Shown here: positions 39,049 to 49,301 of the stretch, piece after piece
Numbering within the stretch: the first letter of the stretch is position 1
Layout of the letters: the number at the start of each line of letters is the position of its first letter
Source of the DNA: a virus
DNA: 64,000 nt
IMG/VR virus record: IMGVR_UViG_3300020442_000015
Location: 1-64,000 of that record
Strand: one strand, 5' to 3'
Made by a program: the position numbers and the translations under genes
The notes under the pieces: generated by a model
What the model was told of the DNA's origin: nothing
Seen by the model: the letters and a program-made list of their open reading frames with translations, nothing else
The model's database searches: none

Positions 39049-40038
39049 ATGTCCACTCAAATCGGTTTTTCTGGAAACTTCAATCCTCTCTCATCTTCAA
39101 TGTGTTCCCGTGGAGGTGGAGCAGGTGGTGGCGGTGGTGTTCCTAAAATTACAGCAGATAATAACGGTACAGTTTTTAATACACAACACCCTAGTAACGG
39201 AAAACAACTGAAGTGCCATAGATTTACTGGTACTGGTGATAATAGTTTGTACATCCGTGATGGTGCTGGTGGTAGCATTTACGTTTGGATGTGGGGTGCT
39301 GCTGGTGGTAGAGGTGGTCAGGGTGGTAACTCTGGCGGTGCTGGTGGTCACTCATATTCTGAGATTGAAGTACAAGAATCCTGGATCAATGCTGGCGGTA
39401 GAATGAGAATCTACGTCGGTGGTGGCGGTGGTGGAGGAAATGGTTGCTACGGTTGCTGGGGCGGCGGTGGTAACGGTACCAATGGATCTGGATATGGTTC
39501 TGGTGGTCGTGGAACTCACGCTTCTTGCAGAGGTTGCTCAGCAGGTGGTGGTGGAGGTGGAGCAGCAACGATGCTGTTCTCCCCTATGGGTGTCAATATG
39601 AATCAAGGCAACATTCTCCAAGTCGCTGGAGGCGGCGGAGGAGGTGGAGGTCGCGAAGGTTGTGGTGGTGCTGGTAGAGGCGGTGCAGGCGGTCAACGTG
39701 GTGAGAATGGACAGTGTGGATCCCAAGGTGGTGGCGCTGGACAGAATGGTGATACCAATGGTGATGAGTGCGGAAGACCTGGTAACGACGCTTCAGGCGG
39801 CGGTGGAGGCGGTGGAGGTTACAATGCAGGAAACTGTGGTGGTAACCCTGGTTGCGATTGTAATGGTGCTGCTGGAGGTGGTGGAGGTAACAGTTGGACA
39901 TCAAGTCCATACACCATAGATAGTTCTATATCTAATGGTAACTACACAACTCCTGGTGATACTAATAACAGTTTCCGTAATGGTGCTGCTGGCAGTGATG
40001 GCGGCAGTGGCATTTGTACCATATGCTATGAAGAGTAA
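39049..40038 (+). CDS. Glycine-rich (polyglycine-II, adhesin-like) protein with Cys-rich loops
   Basis: MWGAAGG, IYVGGGG, VAGGGGGGG runs; many Cys. Confidence 0.75.
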   Translation: MSTQIGFSGNFNPLSSSMCSRGGGAGGGGGVPKITADNNGTVFNTQHPSNGKQLKCHRFTGTGDNSLYIRDGAGGSIYVWMWGAAGGRGGQGGNSGGAGGHSYSEIEVQESWINAGGRMRIYVGGGGGGGNGCYGCWGGGGNGTNGSGYGSGGRGTHASCRGCSAGGGGGGAATMLFSPMGVNMNQGNILQVAGGGGGGGGREGCGGAGRGGAGGQRGENGQCGSQGGGAGQNGDTNGDECGRPGNDASGGGGGGGGYNAGNCGGNPGCDCNGAAGGGGGNSWTSSPYTIDSSISNGNYTTPGDTNNSFRNGAAGSDGGSGICTICYEE

Positions 40039-40571
40039 TGCCTACTAAAAGTATCTACGAACCTAAAACAGAAGACAATGATTATGAGCAGTTGAATACT
40101 GCTTCAGTTCTTATTGACTTCGACAGAGGTATTATTGAGGTTGGATCTCTTCAAACCTTGAAAGCAAACTCTGTTATGGTTAGAGTTAGCATCCGTAAGG
40201 ATAATAAATATGAATGCACGTTTGATAAACTGCAAGTTGGTGTCCTCATCACAAAGGGTGCTGAAGTCATTCTTGAGGATAAACTCGAAGGAGTTATCTG
40301 CACAGACCAACGTTATATTATGATGTGCAATGTTCCTCCCTTGGTAAAGGGTCAGGAATATACATTACAAGTCTGGTGTCACGAAGGTGATTCTAAGTTG
40401 ACATTCAGAGAAAATTTCACAGTTCCTGATTACGAAGATCAGACAACTGAAATGGATAATCCAGTTGGTACCGTTGTGTATCACGATGGATATTACCCTG
40501 ATGATGAACAATGGGAGAGAGATCAACCATACCTTCCAGAAGGATATGTTAGACCTGTCCCGCCTACATAA
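40038..40571 (+). CDS. Hypothetical protein (possible fibre chaperone)
   Basis: Coupled to the glycine-rich gene. Confidence 0.6.
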   Translation: MPTKSIYEPKTEDNDYEQLNTASVLIDFDRGIIEVGSLQTLKANSVMVRVSIRKDNKYECTFDKLQVGVLITKGAEVILEDKLEGVICTDQRYIMMCNVPPLVKGQEYTLQVWCHEGDSKLTFRENFTVPDYEDQTTEMDNPVGTVVYHDGYYPDDEQWERDQPYLPEGYVRPVPPT

Positions 40572-40607
40572 TTGTATAAATAACACTAGGAGAATTCTTA
40601 AGGTCAA

Positions 40608-41408
40608 ATGAGTACACTCAAAGTTGCATCTATTAGAGACCTGTCTGGTATTGGTGGTTTTACCCTTGCATCGGGTAACATTACTGCGAACGGTACGCTC
40701 ACCGTTAGTAATTTAACGGTCAACGGCACAATGTCTGGTTCCTCTGGTCAGATTGTACCGAGTGTCTCAGGACAGGCAGGCAAATTCCTCACAACTGATG
40801 GTTCCAATATGTCTTGGACATCTGTGAGTTCAGAGAACATCAGCTCTATGCAAGTCTGGACAGGTAATGGTACCTGGAACAGACCATCTGGTGTTAAGTA
40901 TATCCACGTTCGCCTAAATGGTGGCGGAGGCGGTGGTGCTGGTCACGGCGAATCTGGCGGTGCTGGTGGTTACGCTGAGCGCGTTATGTCTGTTGCTAAC
41001 ATCTCGTCGGTGGGTATTTCCATCGGTGGTGGTGGCGGTGGAACCTGGTATTTCAACCGAGGTGGTGATGGTGGATCCACATCCTTCGGTCCTTATATGT
41101 CTGCGGGTGGTGGTCACGGTGCTGCTCGTAACAACTCTCACTCTGGTGGTCTCGGCAGACAGGGTTCTGGCGGTGACCTGAACATCTGGGGTGGTGGCGG
41201 TCAGTCTCACGCTGCTCACGGCGGTGGAACTGGTGGTCCTTCTCACTTCGGTGGATCTGTGGCAGCAGGTTGGCCCAATGGTGGCAACTTCTCCCACAAT
41301 CACCAAGACCACGCTGCATTTGGTGCAGGCGGTTCTGGTGGTCACTTCTCTTCTTTCCGTGGATCTAACGGCAAGTATGGTGTCGTTACTGTCATCAACT
41401 ACAAGTAA
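40608..41408 (+). CDS. Glycine-rich tail fibre/adhesin-like protein with His-rich loops
   Basis: TATAAATA upstream; GKFLTTDG...SW; GTW.RPSGV...GGGGGG. Confidence 0.75.
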   Translation: MSTLKVASIRDLSGIGGFTLASGNITANGTLTVSNLTVNGTMSGSSGQIVPSVSGQAGKFLTTDGSNMSWTSVSSENISSMQVWTGNGTWNRPSGVKYIHVRLNGGGGGGAGHGESGGAGGYAERVMSVANISSVGISIGGGGGGTWYFNRGGDGGSTSFGPYMSAGGGHGAARNNSHSGGLGRQGSGGDLNIWGGGGQSHAAHGGGTGGPSHFGGSVAAGWPNGGNFSHNHQDHAAFGAGGSGGHFSSFRGSNGKYGVVTVINYK

Positions 41409-41421
41409 TTAAGGGGAAGCA

Positions 41422-41946
41422 ATGAAGAAAGCACTTATGGATTTTACAGGCGGTGTCGCTGACATCGTTGAACCTGGCGAAGAGTATCCTCTGTTCTTGG
41501 GACGTGGATGTGCTCAGATGTGGGTGAATGCACCCGACGACATCACTAAAGTTTGGACTCTTGAATGGTCACCTTCTGCTGAAGATATGATCTGGGTTGA
41601 GCGTACTGAAACTTACGCTGATCCTGCTACCACTCGTAGAGTTGCATATGGTGAAGTTGGTCAGCAACTGGATCTTCTCTATAAAGATCTTGCTGCTGGT
41701 AGAGACCTTGCAGGTGCTGATGCACTGTGGTTTAATCACATTAAGACAGTCAAAGAAAATACAGTTCGCCCTTCTGACGTTGAGGAACCAATGGATCCTA
41801 CAATGACTGAGGAAGAGGTTTCTGAATTTATGTCTGATGCTGTTGAACCAAGCAAAGATCGTCCTATGAAGATCTCTTCTCCTGAGAATCCTTGCTGGGA
41901 AAGATACAGCAACTGGGGACGTACTTACGAGGAACTTCCTGAGTGA
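41422..41946 (+). CDS. Putative tail fibre assembly protein
   Basis: RRVAYG.VG.QLDLLYKD...W..HI..VK motif. Confidence 0.6.
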   Translation: MKKALMDFTGGVADIVEPGEEYPLFLGRGCAQMWVNAPDDITKVWTLEWSPSAEDMIWVERTETYADPATTRRVAYGEVGQQLDLLYKDLAAGRDLAGADALWFNHIKTVKENTVRPSDVEEPMDPTMTEEEVSEFMSDAVEPSKDRPMKISSPENPCWERYSNWGRTYEELPE

Positions 41947-41991
41947 TAAAATAGCACTTGTGCTATACTATATAAAGAAAGTGATTAAGTT

Positions 41992-43683
41992 ATGCAGGTA
42001 AACAATGTAGTTATTGTTGGCGGCGGGTCGTCTGGATGGATGACCGCCGCTGCTTTGTTGAAACTATGCCCTTGGGTTAATGTTGTGTTGGTCGAGAGTG
42101 CCAAGCATCCAACTGTGGGTGTTGGTGAATCTACTCTTGGTCACTTCAATAAGTATTTGAAAGCACTGGGTCTTCGTGACGAAGATTGGATGGCAGCGTG
42201 TAATGCCACCTATAAGAATAGTATCCAGTTCACTAATTTTAGAGATAATAACGATTCTGTCTTCCAGTATCCTTTTGGTGTCTATGATTATCATCTAGAC
42301 ACAATGGAAATCGGAATTGGTGGTGGAAATATAGAAGATTTCTTTGACATTCAAGCAAGTATTGGTGCAGGAGAAGATTTGTATGAGTCTCCTGATGGAT
42401 TTGCAACGTACTACAATGCAGAGAATACTCTCCTAGCAACGCATAATAAACAGACAGACAATAAGGATGGTAAGTTCCGTAACTTTGATCCTGCTGTTGA
42501 TGTAGCATATCATCTGGATGCTGAAAAGTTTGGACAGTGGTTGAGAGTAAATGTCTGCGAACCTTGGAAGCAAGTTGATCGCTTCACTCACATTATTGGT
42601 GATGTGCGTGGTATGGTGAAAGATGTGACTGCTGGTGGTTCACCTGCTCAGTCTAATCGTATTATCAAACAACTTGCAGTTAGACTAGACGAATCTAAGA
42701 AAACTATTGGTGTGGTTGGTGATCTGTTCATTGACTGTACTGGTTTCAAGGGTGCATTGATCGAAGGATTGATGAATGTTCGCCATATTAGTTTCGAGAA
42801 AGTTCTTCCTAACAACAAAGCATATTTTGCACGGATTCCCTATGAGGATCAGAAGTTCCGTGAGATTGCAATGCACAACACAACTGATTGTGAGGGTGCA
42901 GAGAATGGTTGGATGTGGACTATTCCACTGTGGGATCGTATCGGTGTAGGATATTGTTGGTCAGATAGATTTGCTATGCCCACTGAGGCAAAGCAAGAGT
43001 TTGAGATGTGGATTGAACGTAAATTCAACATCGAACCAGGCACATATGAGATCAAGGAACTTGACATCAAGCACGGTTATCGTGAGAAGGCGTGGGAACT
43101 GAACTGTCTGTCAATCGGTCTGTCTTATGGTTTTGTTGAACCACTAGAATCTACTGGTCTGTTGACTACACACGAGAACGTTCTCCGTCTGGTTGATGTC
43201 TTGAAGCGCCGTAAAGGATATGTTACCAATCTGGAAAGATCGTGGTATAATTATCAAGCACAGCGTGAAGTGATCGGTTTCAGCAAGTTTGTGGCAATGC
43301 ACTATGCACTGTCTATGCGTACTGATAACCCTTATTGGCGTCACGCCACACAACGCTGTGATTATATGGAAGATAACTTTGATGGTAATGTCAAAGTGAA
43401 TGATAACTATGAGCGTATGGGTGACATTCTGGACAACAACTGTCCACTTGCTGCCAATATGCTTGGTATGAATTATATTGCTGCTGGTATGGGTCTGCGC
43501 CTTGGTACTAGGTTTAGTTACCACGATATGGACCTAGATACTTTGGCAATTAAGAAACAGGATAGAGAAGAGTACATTGCATATGTACACAACGAAGTTC
43601 ACAAACTTCCTTCTCATTACCAGTATCTACTTGACAACATTTATGGAGGAGTTGATGAAATTCGGGATTCCCTGGAGGCGTAA
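41992..43683 (+). CDS. prnA: Flavin-dependent (tryptophan-type) halogenase, PrnA/VirX1 family
   Basis: IVGGGSSGW, VGVGEST, catalytic Lys in NATYK, FIDCTGF, WMWTIP, FVEPLESTG. Confidence 0.93.
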   Translation: MQVNNVVIVGGGSSGWMTAAALLKLCPWVNVVLVESAKHPTVGVGESTLGHFNKYLKALGLRDEDWMAACNATYKNSIQFTNFRDNNDSVFQYPFGVYDYHLDTMEIGIGGGNIEDFFDIQASIGAGEDLYESPDGFATYYNAENTLLATHNKQTDNKDGKFRNFDPAVDVAYHLDAEKFGQWLRVNVCEPWKQVDRFTHIIGDVRGMVKDVTAGGSPAQSNRIIKQLAVRLDESKKTIGVVGDLFIDCTGFKGALIEGLMNVRHISFEKVLPNNKAYFARIPYEDQKFREIAMHNTTDCEGAENGWMWTIPLWDRIGVGYCWSDRFAMPTEAKQEFEMWIERKFNIEPGTYEIKELDIKHGYREKAWELNCLSIGLSYGFVEPLESTGLLTTHENVLRLVDVLKRRKGYVTNLERSWYNYQAQREVIGFSKFVAMHYALSMRTDNPYWRHATQRCDYMEDNFDGNVKVNDNYERMGDILDNNCPLAANMLGMNYIAAGMGLRLGTRFSYHDMDLDTLAIKKQDREEYIAYVHNEVHKLPSHYQYLLDNIYGGVDEIRDSLEA

Positions 43684-44440
43684 GAAACCGTGGTTGCGGT
43701 TCTTCTCACTCGAACCAGGACTTGCTGAGAATTATCCACTAATACCCACATCATCTATTAAGAGGACGTGGCAGGATAAGGAGCACAAAGAATCACGATG
43801 CCCATTTATGGGCACACAGAATGTTGCTAACTGTCCTGGTTTGAAACAAATCACTAGGATGGGTTATGTTGTTACTGCTCCTATGGACTTCACTATCATC
43901 ACTAATGGTGATGGAGTATCTTACGAGTGGGAAACACCAGCAACATTCGCAAGGCATAGTAACTACATCGGGGATCACTCTCCTGATCAGGTTGTACCAC
44001 TGGTTGATAATCCTCGGGATTGTTTGGCACATATTATCAAACTAGAGACACCTTGGCGTGTTCGTGCTAGTGATGATCTTGTGTTTATGCAACTTCCTGT
44101 TTATTGGAATAATGAGTCAAGATTTGAAGCAGTTGCTGGGATCTATGATCCTAGATTTGCAATGCAGGTGAATGTGCAACTGCTATGGTATGTTATGGAT
44201 GGTCATACGTTGGTCAAGGCAGGTACACCCCTAGCACAGTTTGTGCCTGTTCCAAGATCATCTATCGAGAGAACTTGGTACGATATGACTATAGATAATG
44301 CAACCCAAGAAGATTGGGATCTTGAAGCAGCGTTCAACTATAGTCTCAGAGCAGAATACTCGACAGAAGACACAGTTAATGCTAAGATCAAGCGTGCTAT
44401 GCGTGCTATTAACTATCACAGCAATGGAAAAACCCGATGA
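43655..44440 (+). CDS. Hypothetical protein (CPG...GY..D family, beta-rich)
   Basis: ATG 43655 after GGAGG; NCPG..ITRMGYVV.AP.D, KAGTPLAQFVP. Confidence 0.7.
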   Translation: MKFGIPWRRKKPWLRFFSLEPGLAENYPLIPTSSIKRTWQDKEHKESRCPFMGTQNVANCPGLKQITRMGYVVTAPMDFTIITNGDGVSYEWETPATFARHSNYIGDHSPDQVVPLVDNPRDCLAHIIKLETPWRVRASDDLVFMQLPVYWNNESRFEAVAGIYDPRFAMQVNVQLLWYVMDGHTLVKAGTPLAQFVPVPRSSIERTWYDMTIDNATQEDWDLEAAFNYSLRAEYSTEDTVNAKIKRAMRAINYHSNGKTR

Positions 44441-44787
44441 CTATTGACGAACTGATTCAGAACTTTCACCTCCAGAAGGAGGCAGTACAAGAACTTATCA
44501 AGGGATATGATAGGGACTTCTCTAATAAAAAACTCAATCCATATGGTGTGACAACTATTGAGTTCCAACAACGTAGTGATGCGTTTGCTCAACAGTCTCG
44601 CCTTGAAGGTGCTATTGATGCACTCTATATTGTGAAACGTGATATTATGGGAGAGGAAGGTGATGTTCCTATTCCTAGCGCAGCACTAGATATTGCTGAG
44701 CAGGATATGGAAATGGAAATTGTTGGTCAAACCAGCGATGACAACCTCCCACTAGATGATGACATCCCAGGTGATCCAAGTTACTAA
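44437..44787 (+). CDS. Hypothetical protein
   Basis: Coupled ORF with acidic tail. Confidence 0.6.
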   Translation: MTIDELIQNFHLQKEAVQELIKGYDRDFSNKKLNPYGVTTIEFQQRSDAFAQQSRLEGAIDALYIVKRDIMGEEGDVPIPSAALDIAEQDMEMEIVGQTSDDNLPLDDDIPGDPSY

Positions 44788-45361
44788 ACCACATCAGTTT
44801 CATCCAAACTATCTTTGGAAGACACAGTATGATTTTAACTATGAAGGTAGTCCCCTTCAGACACATTGTGGTCAACTGTTAGATCATACTGGTAGGTCCT
44901 CAGTATTAGAAACTGGCAACGCATTTTCAACAGCAGGTAATCTTCAGCAGTCTCCACATCATTGGGAGATACTTGAAGATTTTCTTGTCTGGATGCAAGC
45001 ACAGATTATTCCTATCTGGGATCACTGGAACTATTTCCCGTGTATGCCTCAACCATTTAATTCGTGGGTGAATCTACATAAGAGAGGAGGAGAAACACTA
45101 GAGCACTATCACTCACCCTGTCCACTTGTGGTGTCGTGCTATTTGAAGTGTCCTCCTAATTCTGGTAACTTTCTTGTCAGAGATCCGTTTGAGTATCATC
45201 TCTTCGGTACACCATCTGAACCACAAGAAAAATTATGGACAGAGATACCAGTACAAACAAATGACATCCTAATCTTCCCTGGTTGGTTGAAACATAAGAC
45301 ACAACCAAATGAGACTGACGAAGACCGAATTGTTCTCACTCTAAATTATGAAGGTAATTAA
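44756..45361 (+). CDS. 2OG-Fe(II) oxygenase (TIGR02466-like)
   Basis: SWVN.H, HYH, IFPGWLKH, RIVL..N. Confidence 0.88.
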   Translation: MMTSQVIQVTKPHQFHPNYLWKTQYDFNYEGSPLQTHCGQLLDHTGRSSVLETGNAFSTAGNLQQSPHHWEILEDFLVWMQAQIIPIWDHWNYFPCMPQPFNSWVNLHKRGGETLEHYHSPCPLVVSCYLKCPPNSGNFLVRDPFEYHLFGTPSEPQEKLWTEIPVQTNDILIFPGWLKHKTQPNETDEDRIVLTLNYEGN

Positions 45362-45869
45362 AAATGTTATCTCTCCGCTGTATGCGGACAAGATTGAAGA
45401 ACTGATGAGTGATGTACAATTTCAGTGGGGATTTCTGAAAGATGTAACTTACGTCGATCAGGCAGCATTTGGTGCTAATCGTGGAACCCCAGGATTTGCA
45501 CATTTATTCTTCGACGCACAAAATGGTCATCAGTCTGACCATTGTAATTTTATCCTCCCTCTGTTCTATACACTCTGTGGTGATGGATTCCACGAGTTAA
45601 TAAGGATTAAGGGAGGATTGCTTTTACCAACGCAAGAAGGATATAATAATAAACACGTGGATTTTGACTTTCCACACACGACAGCATTGTATTATGTTAA
45701 TGATTCAGACGGCGACACGCTCTTCTTCAATGACAATTTGGAGATTGTTAATCGAGTTAAACCAGAGAAAGGAAAACTAATTATTTTTGATGGTTCTATT
45801 TTACACGCATCGTCCTGTCCTACCTCCCACACAAATAGAATTGTGATAAATTTCAACTATGTCAAGTAA
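45348..45869 (+). CDS. 2OG-Fe(II) oxygenase
   Basis: HVD, LYYVNDSDGDT, FDG..LH, RIVINFN. Confidence 0.88.
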   Translation: MKVIKNVISPLYADKIEELMSDVQFQWGFLKDVTYVDQAAFGANRGTPGFAHLFFDAQNGHQSDHCNFILPLFYTLCGDGFHELIRIKGGLLLPTQEGYNNKHVDFDFPHTTALYYVNDSDGDTLFFNDNLEIVNRVKPEKGKLIIFDGSILHASSCPTSHTNRIVINFNYVK

Positions 45870-46548
45870 GATTTTCTACTATCAATATGAAGGTGCTCGT
45901 GATCCAATCACGATGCTAGATTCTCCTCTTGATATAGAAGGAGTGGGTCTTGAACCAAGAAAAGAGATCGACAATCACTCTCCAAAGGATACACCGTTCT
46001 ACGATTGTCCTGCGTGGAGTCATCGTGCTAAGCGAGAGTTCGTAGTTTATGCACCTCGTGACATCACACTGCACGTTAATAACGAAACAGGAGAACTTCA
46101 CGCACCAAATATTTCACAGGAAGATTTTGAGAGATGGGTGAACGTACAAGATGCAACGTTGCCTATCACCACAATTCAGATTCCTGTCCCTATGTTTCTA
46201 TTCTGGACAGAGAGTAAGAATATTTGGATCGAACAGATTGACCATCCACAGACAGCATCAAAGAATAATTTCACACTGGTGACAGGATGGTTCAATCTCT
46301 CTTCTTGGTGTCGTCCTATCTCTCTAGGTGTGCGTCTGGTTGATGATAAGAAACCCATCATAATTAAACGTGGTGATCCACTATATAAGATCAGGTTTAT
46401 GAAGGAAGGAAACTTCAATAAAACTTTCGAGTTGGTGAAGTCACGACCTGAACCTGAAATTATGTTGGATGTTCACAAACGTGTCAAAGCGAAAAAGATC
46501 ATTCCATATCTTTCCGACAAACTTATCTTTGGGTGTCCGTTCAAATGA
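45859..46548 (+). CDS. Hypothetical protein, distant paralog of 43655-44440
   Basis: DCPAW, W.RPI, IKRGDPL. Confidence 0.65.
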   Translation: MSSKIFYYQYEGARDPITMLDSPLDIEGVGLEPRKEIDNHSPKDTPFYDCPAWSHRAKREFVVYAPRDITLHVNNETGELHAPNISQEDFERWVNVQDATLPITTIQIPVPMFLFWTESKNIWIEQIDHPQTASKNNFTLVTGWFNLSSWCRPISLGVRLVDDKKPIIIKRGDPLYKIRFMKEGNFNKTFELVKSRPEPEIMLDVHKRVKAKKIIPYLSDKLIFGCPFK

Positions 46549-47195
46549 ATAATTACGCTGAAGAGTTTGTTCCCACAACGGTGATCGATAATTTCTTTGA
46601 GACACCATCACTCGTGAGAGCATTTGCTCAACAACAAGAATACTTTCTCTGCACAGATCACCCTCGTGGTGGTAATTGGCCAGGGAAAAGATGTAACCTG
46701 TTAAATGAGATCGATCCAGTCTTTCACGAGATTGTGTGTAAGAAACTGGTAAGGTATCTTCCACATCATCAAGCATTTGACATCGCAGATATGACATTTC
46801 ATATGTGTGATGGAGCAAACTCTCCTGGGTGGATCCACACTGACCCACCACATTTGGGCATCGGTGCTGTTATCTATTTGAATCAAGGTATTAGACCAGG
46901 CACAGGAACTTGTCTGTATGATGTACCGCCTGGGTTTAATGGTCAGGGATATGAAGAAGAGTTCCAACAACAACTTGCTCTTCAGGGTACACCTGAGGCA
47001 GCAAAGTTCGAGAAGTATAAAGAAGATTGTAATGGTGTATTTCGACCGTCAGTGACTGTTGAAGCACGCTATAATCGATGTATACTATTTGATGGACGTA
47101 AATACCACGGAGGTATGAACTTCTTTGGTAATGACGTTACTGATGCTAGACTAACACTTGTATTCTTTGGGAGGGGTATTTTAATTGGACCTTGA
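46545..47195 (+). CDS. 2OG-Fe(II) oxygenase-like (DUF6445-like)
   Basis: VIDNFF..P..VR, WPGKR, WIHTD, YNR.ILFDG..YH, RLTLVFF. Confidence 0.82.
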   Translation: MNNYAEEFVPTTVIDNFFETPSLVRAFAQQQEYFLCTDHPRGGNWPGKRCNLLNEIDPVFHEIVCKKLVRYLPHHQAFDIADMTFHMCDGANSPGWIHTDPPHLGIGAVIYLNQGIRPGTGTCLYDVPPGFNGQGYEEEFQQQLALQGTPEAAKFEKYKEDCNGVFRPSVTVEARYNRCILFDGRKYHGGMNFFGNDVTDARLTLVFFGRGILIGP

Positions 47196-47820
47196 AACAC
47201 TTGCTGACAATAAACTGTACCTGATTAAAGGTGCACTCAGTACAGATCTCTGTGAGTATCTGAAGACTGAGTTTATGATGATTAAGGACATCATTGAGGC
47301 AAACCCGATGGGTCCAACCAGTGATCCTATTATGCCTGGGGCATTTGCAATGTATTCACCTATTTGTTTTGAAGCAATGGGTGATAAGATCAAACCACAG
47401 ATTGAGGAAGTGCTCGATGCAGAACTATGGCAAACCTTTTCCTACGCGAGGGTGTACGTTAAGGGTACCAATCTTGTACGACATCGTGATAGAACCTCAG
47501 GAGAATGGGTCGGTAATGTTTGCATCACTCGTGATGATACCGATTGGCCCTTCTATATTGAGATCGATGGAAAGTCGCATCAAATTGTCCTCAATCAAGG
47601 CGATTTATTGATATTCAGGGGACACAAAGATTTCCACTGGAGACCAAAATATCAGGGAGATCTTCAAATCCAAGCATTTGTCTCTTATGTTGACAAAAAT
47701 GGCAAATATAGTAAGAATAAGTGGGATGGTCGCCCTGGTCTTGCTTATCCTTGGGAAACTGCATCCGAAGAGATACAGTATGAACAGTCGATGATTAACT
47801 CTTCACCTTATTACACCTGA
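47185..47820 (+). CDS. 2OG-Fe(II) oxygenase
   Basis: SYARVY..G..L.RHRDR, GD.L.F.G...HWR. Confidence 0.85.
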   Translation: MDLETLADNKLYLIKGALSTDLCEYLKTEFMMIKDIIEANPMGPTSDPIMPGAFAMYSPICFEAMGDKIKPQIEEVLDAELWQTFSYARVYVKGTNLVRHRDRTSGEWVGNVCITRDDTDWPFYIEIDGKSHQIVLNQGDLLIFRGHKDFHWRPKYQGDLQIQAFVSYVDKNGKYSKNKWDGRPGLAYPWETASEEIQYEQSMINSSPYYT

Positions 47821-47978
47821 TGAATTTTGACTCTGAAGAACTGAAGTATCTGCTCACAGTATTGGGCAGAACATCATCTTTCACCCGTGCTAGAGGTGAA
47901 CAAATCGATCACCCAACAATTAAACATCAACGTATTGAACGTAAAGTTCAAGATCAACTAAGACGTTTGCATCAATGA
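47820..47978 (+). CDS. Small hypothetical protein (52 aa, not in track)
   Basis: TGATG and ATGA coupling on both sides. Confidence 0.5.
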   Translation: MNFDSEELKYLLTVLGRTSSFTRARGEQIDHPTIKHQRIERKVQDQLRRLHQ

Positions 47979-48598
47979 AACTAACAATCGAAAATCCATT
48001 CGATACATTCTATAAGAAGGCAAAAGATGTCATCGTGTTTGATGATATTATTCCTGAGGTATACCAAAATTGGTTGATAGATTGTATCAAGAATGAAGAC
48101 CTGATGTGGCACCGTAAGGATGCTGCAATTAGTGATATGTTTGAGGATGATCCTCGCAATGGATTCTGCAACTTTCACTATCTCTTTGATAAGGATGAGG
48201 GTGGAGAGTTGAGTCCATTGTGTAATGCGTTTATGCCACTGGCATTGCAGTTTAGAGAGAAACTTCAGGCAGAATGTTTGTTTCGTATGCGTGTGAATTG
48301 TGTGCCTGCTTGGCACTCTAATCAAGTACAACTTCCACACGTTGATTCGTATCATTTTGAAGCGTGGAATGTTATCTACTACATTGATGACAGTAATGGT
48401 GATACAATCATCTATGATGAACGTACGAGAGATCATCAAGAATACTTGAAGATTGCAACGAGAGATATGTACACAGTTAAGACAGCAGTATCACCCAAGA
48501 AAGGACGTGCTGTTGCTATTAAAGGTGATCTCTTTCACGCTTCTACATTGCCAATGGGAACTTGGAGACCAGTGTTAAATATGGTAGTACATTCTTGA
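47975..48598 (+). CDS. 2OG-Fe(II) oxygenase
   Basis: PHVD, IYYIDDSNGDT, PKKGR...FH. Confidence 0.85.
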   Translation: MKLTIENPFDTFYKKAKDVIVFDDIIPEVYQNWLIDCIKNEDLMWHRKDAAISDMFEDDPRNGFCNFHYLFDKDEGGELSPLCNAFMPLALQFREKLQAECLFRMRVNCVPAWHSNQVQLPHVDSYHFEAWNVIYYIDDSNGDTIIYDERTRDHQEYLKIATRDMYTVKTAVSPKKGRAVAIKGDLFHASTLPMGTWRPVLNMVVHS

Positions 48599-48600
48599 TT

Positions 48601-49275
48601 ATGGATAAAGTCTATAAGGTATATGATGGTGACGCTCACTGTTTGTGGAGGTCACCTGTTGTTGTAAATGAACAAGATGAGATGATTGCACAACTTGGTC
48701 GTGCACATCGTCATTTCAAGAATACTTTCACTGGGTTCGATTCTTCTCTCACTGGTAATGAATTGACTCTTGGTGCTCTACCTAACTTGTTCTCACAACA
48801 GGAACAACGAGAGGATGACAAAGTATTTCTAGATGGTGAGAAGGATTTCAGTGGTTATAGGTTCTATAATATATTTGCACTGACAGCACCATCACCACTA
48901 TTTTGGCAACTATATCGTGACATTCAAACTGTAGTTCGCACAACACTTGCACACGATGAACCACTGTATATGCAATGTTGGATGAATTATCATACTCCTG
49001 ACAAGGTATTGAAGTGGCACGATCATAAGTTTCCATACCACGGTTATGTGAGTATTGATCCCAAGAATACCACCACTAAGTTTAGAAACGGTGAGGATCC
49101 TGTCCTCTATGAGATCAATAACGAAGTGGGAAACATATATTTTGGTGCTGCCCCAGGCAGGTATCACAAAGTATTCGTAAACGATGACTTCGGGGGTAGA
49201 CGAATTACCCTTGGATTTGATATAGTAGAGACGCCTGATCTTCCTGACGATCAGTTCTCACTAATCCCTATCTAA
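48601..49275 (+). CDS. 2OG-Fe(II) oxygenase-like protein
   Basis: QCWMNYH, LKWHDH, YHKV, RITLGFD. Confidence 0.78.
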   Translation: MDKVYKVYDGDAHCLWRSPVVVNEQDEMIAQLGRAHRHFKNTFTGFDSSLTGNELTLGALPNLFSQQEQREDDKVFLDGEKDFSGYRFYNIFALTAPSPLFWQLYRDIQTVVRTTLAHDEPLYMQCWMNYHTPDKVLKWHDHKFPYHGYVSIDPKNTTTKFRNGEDPVLYEINNEVGNIYFGAAPGRYHKVFVNDDFGGRRITLGFDIVETPDLPDDQFSLIPI

Positions 49276-49301
49276 ATACTGTTAAGCAACTTCGACAACT
49301 T

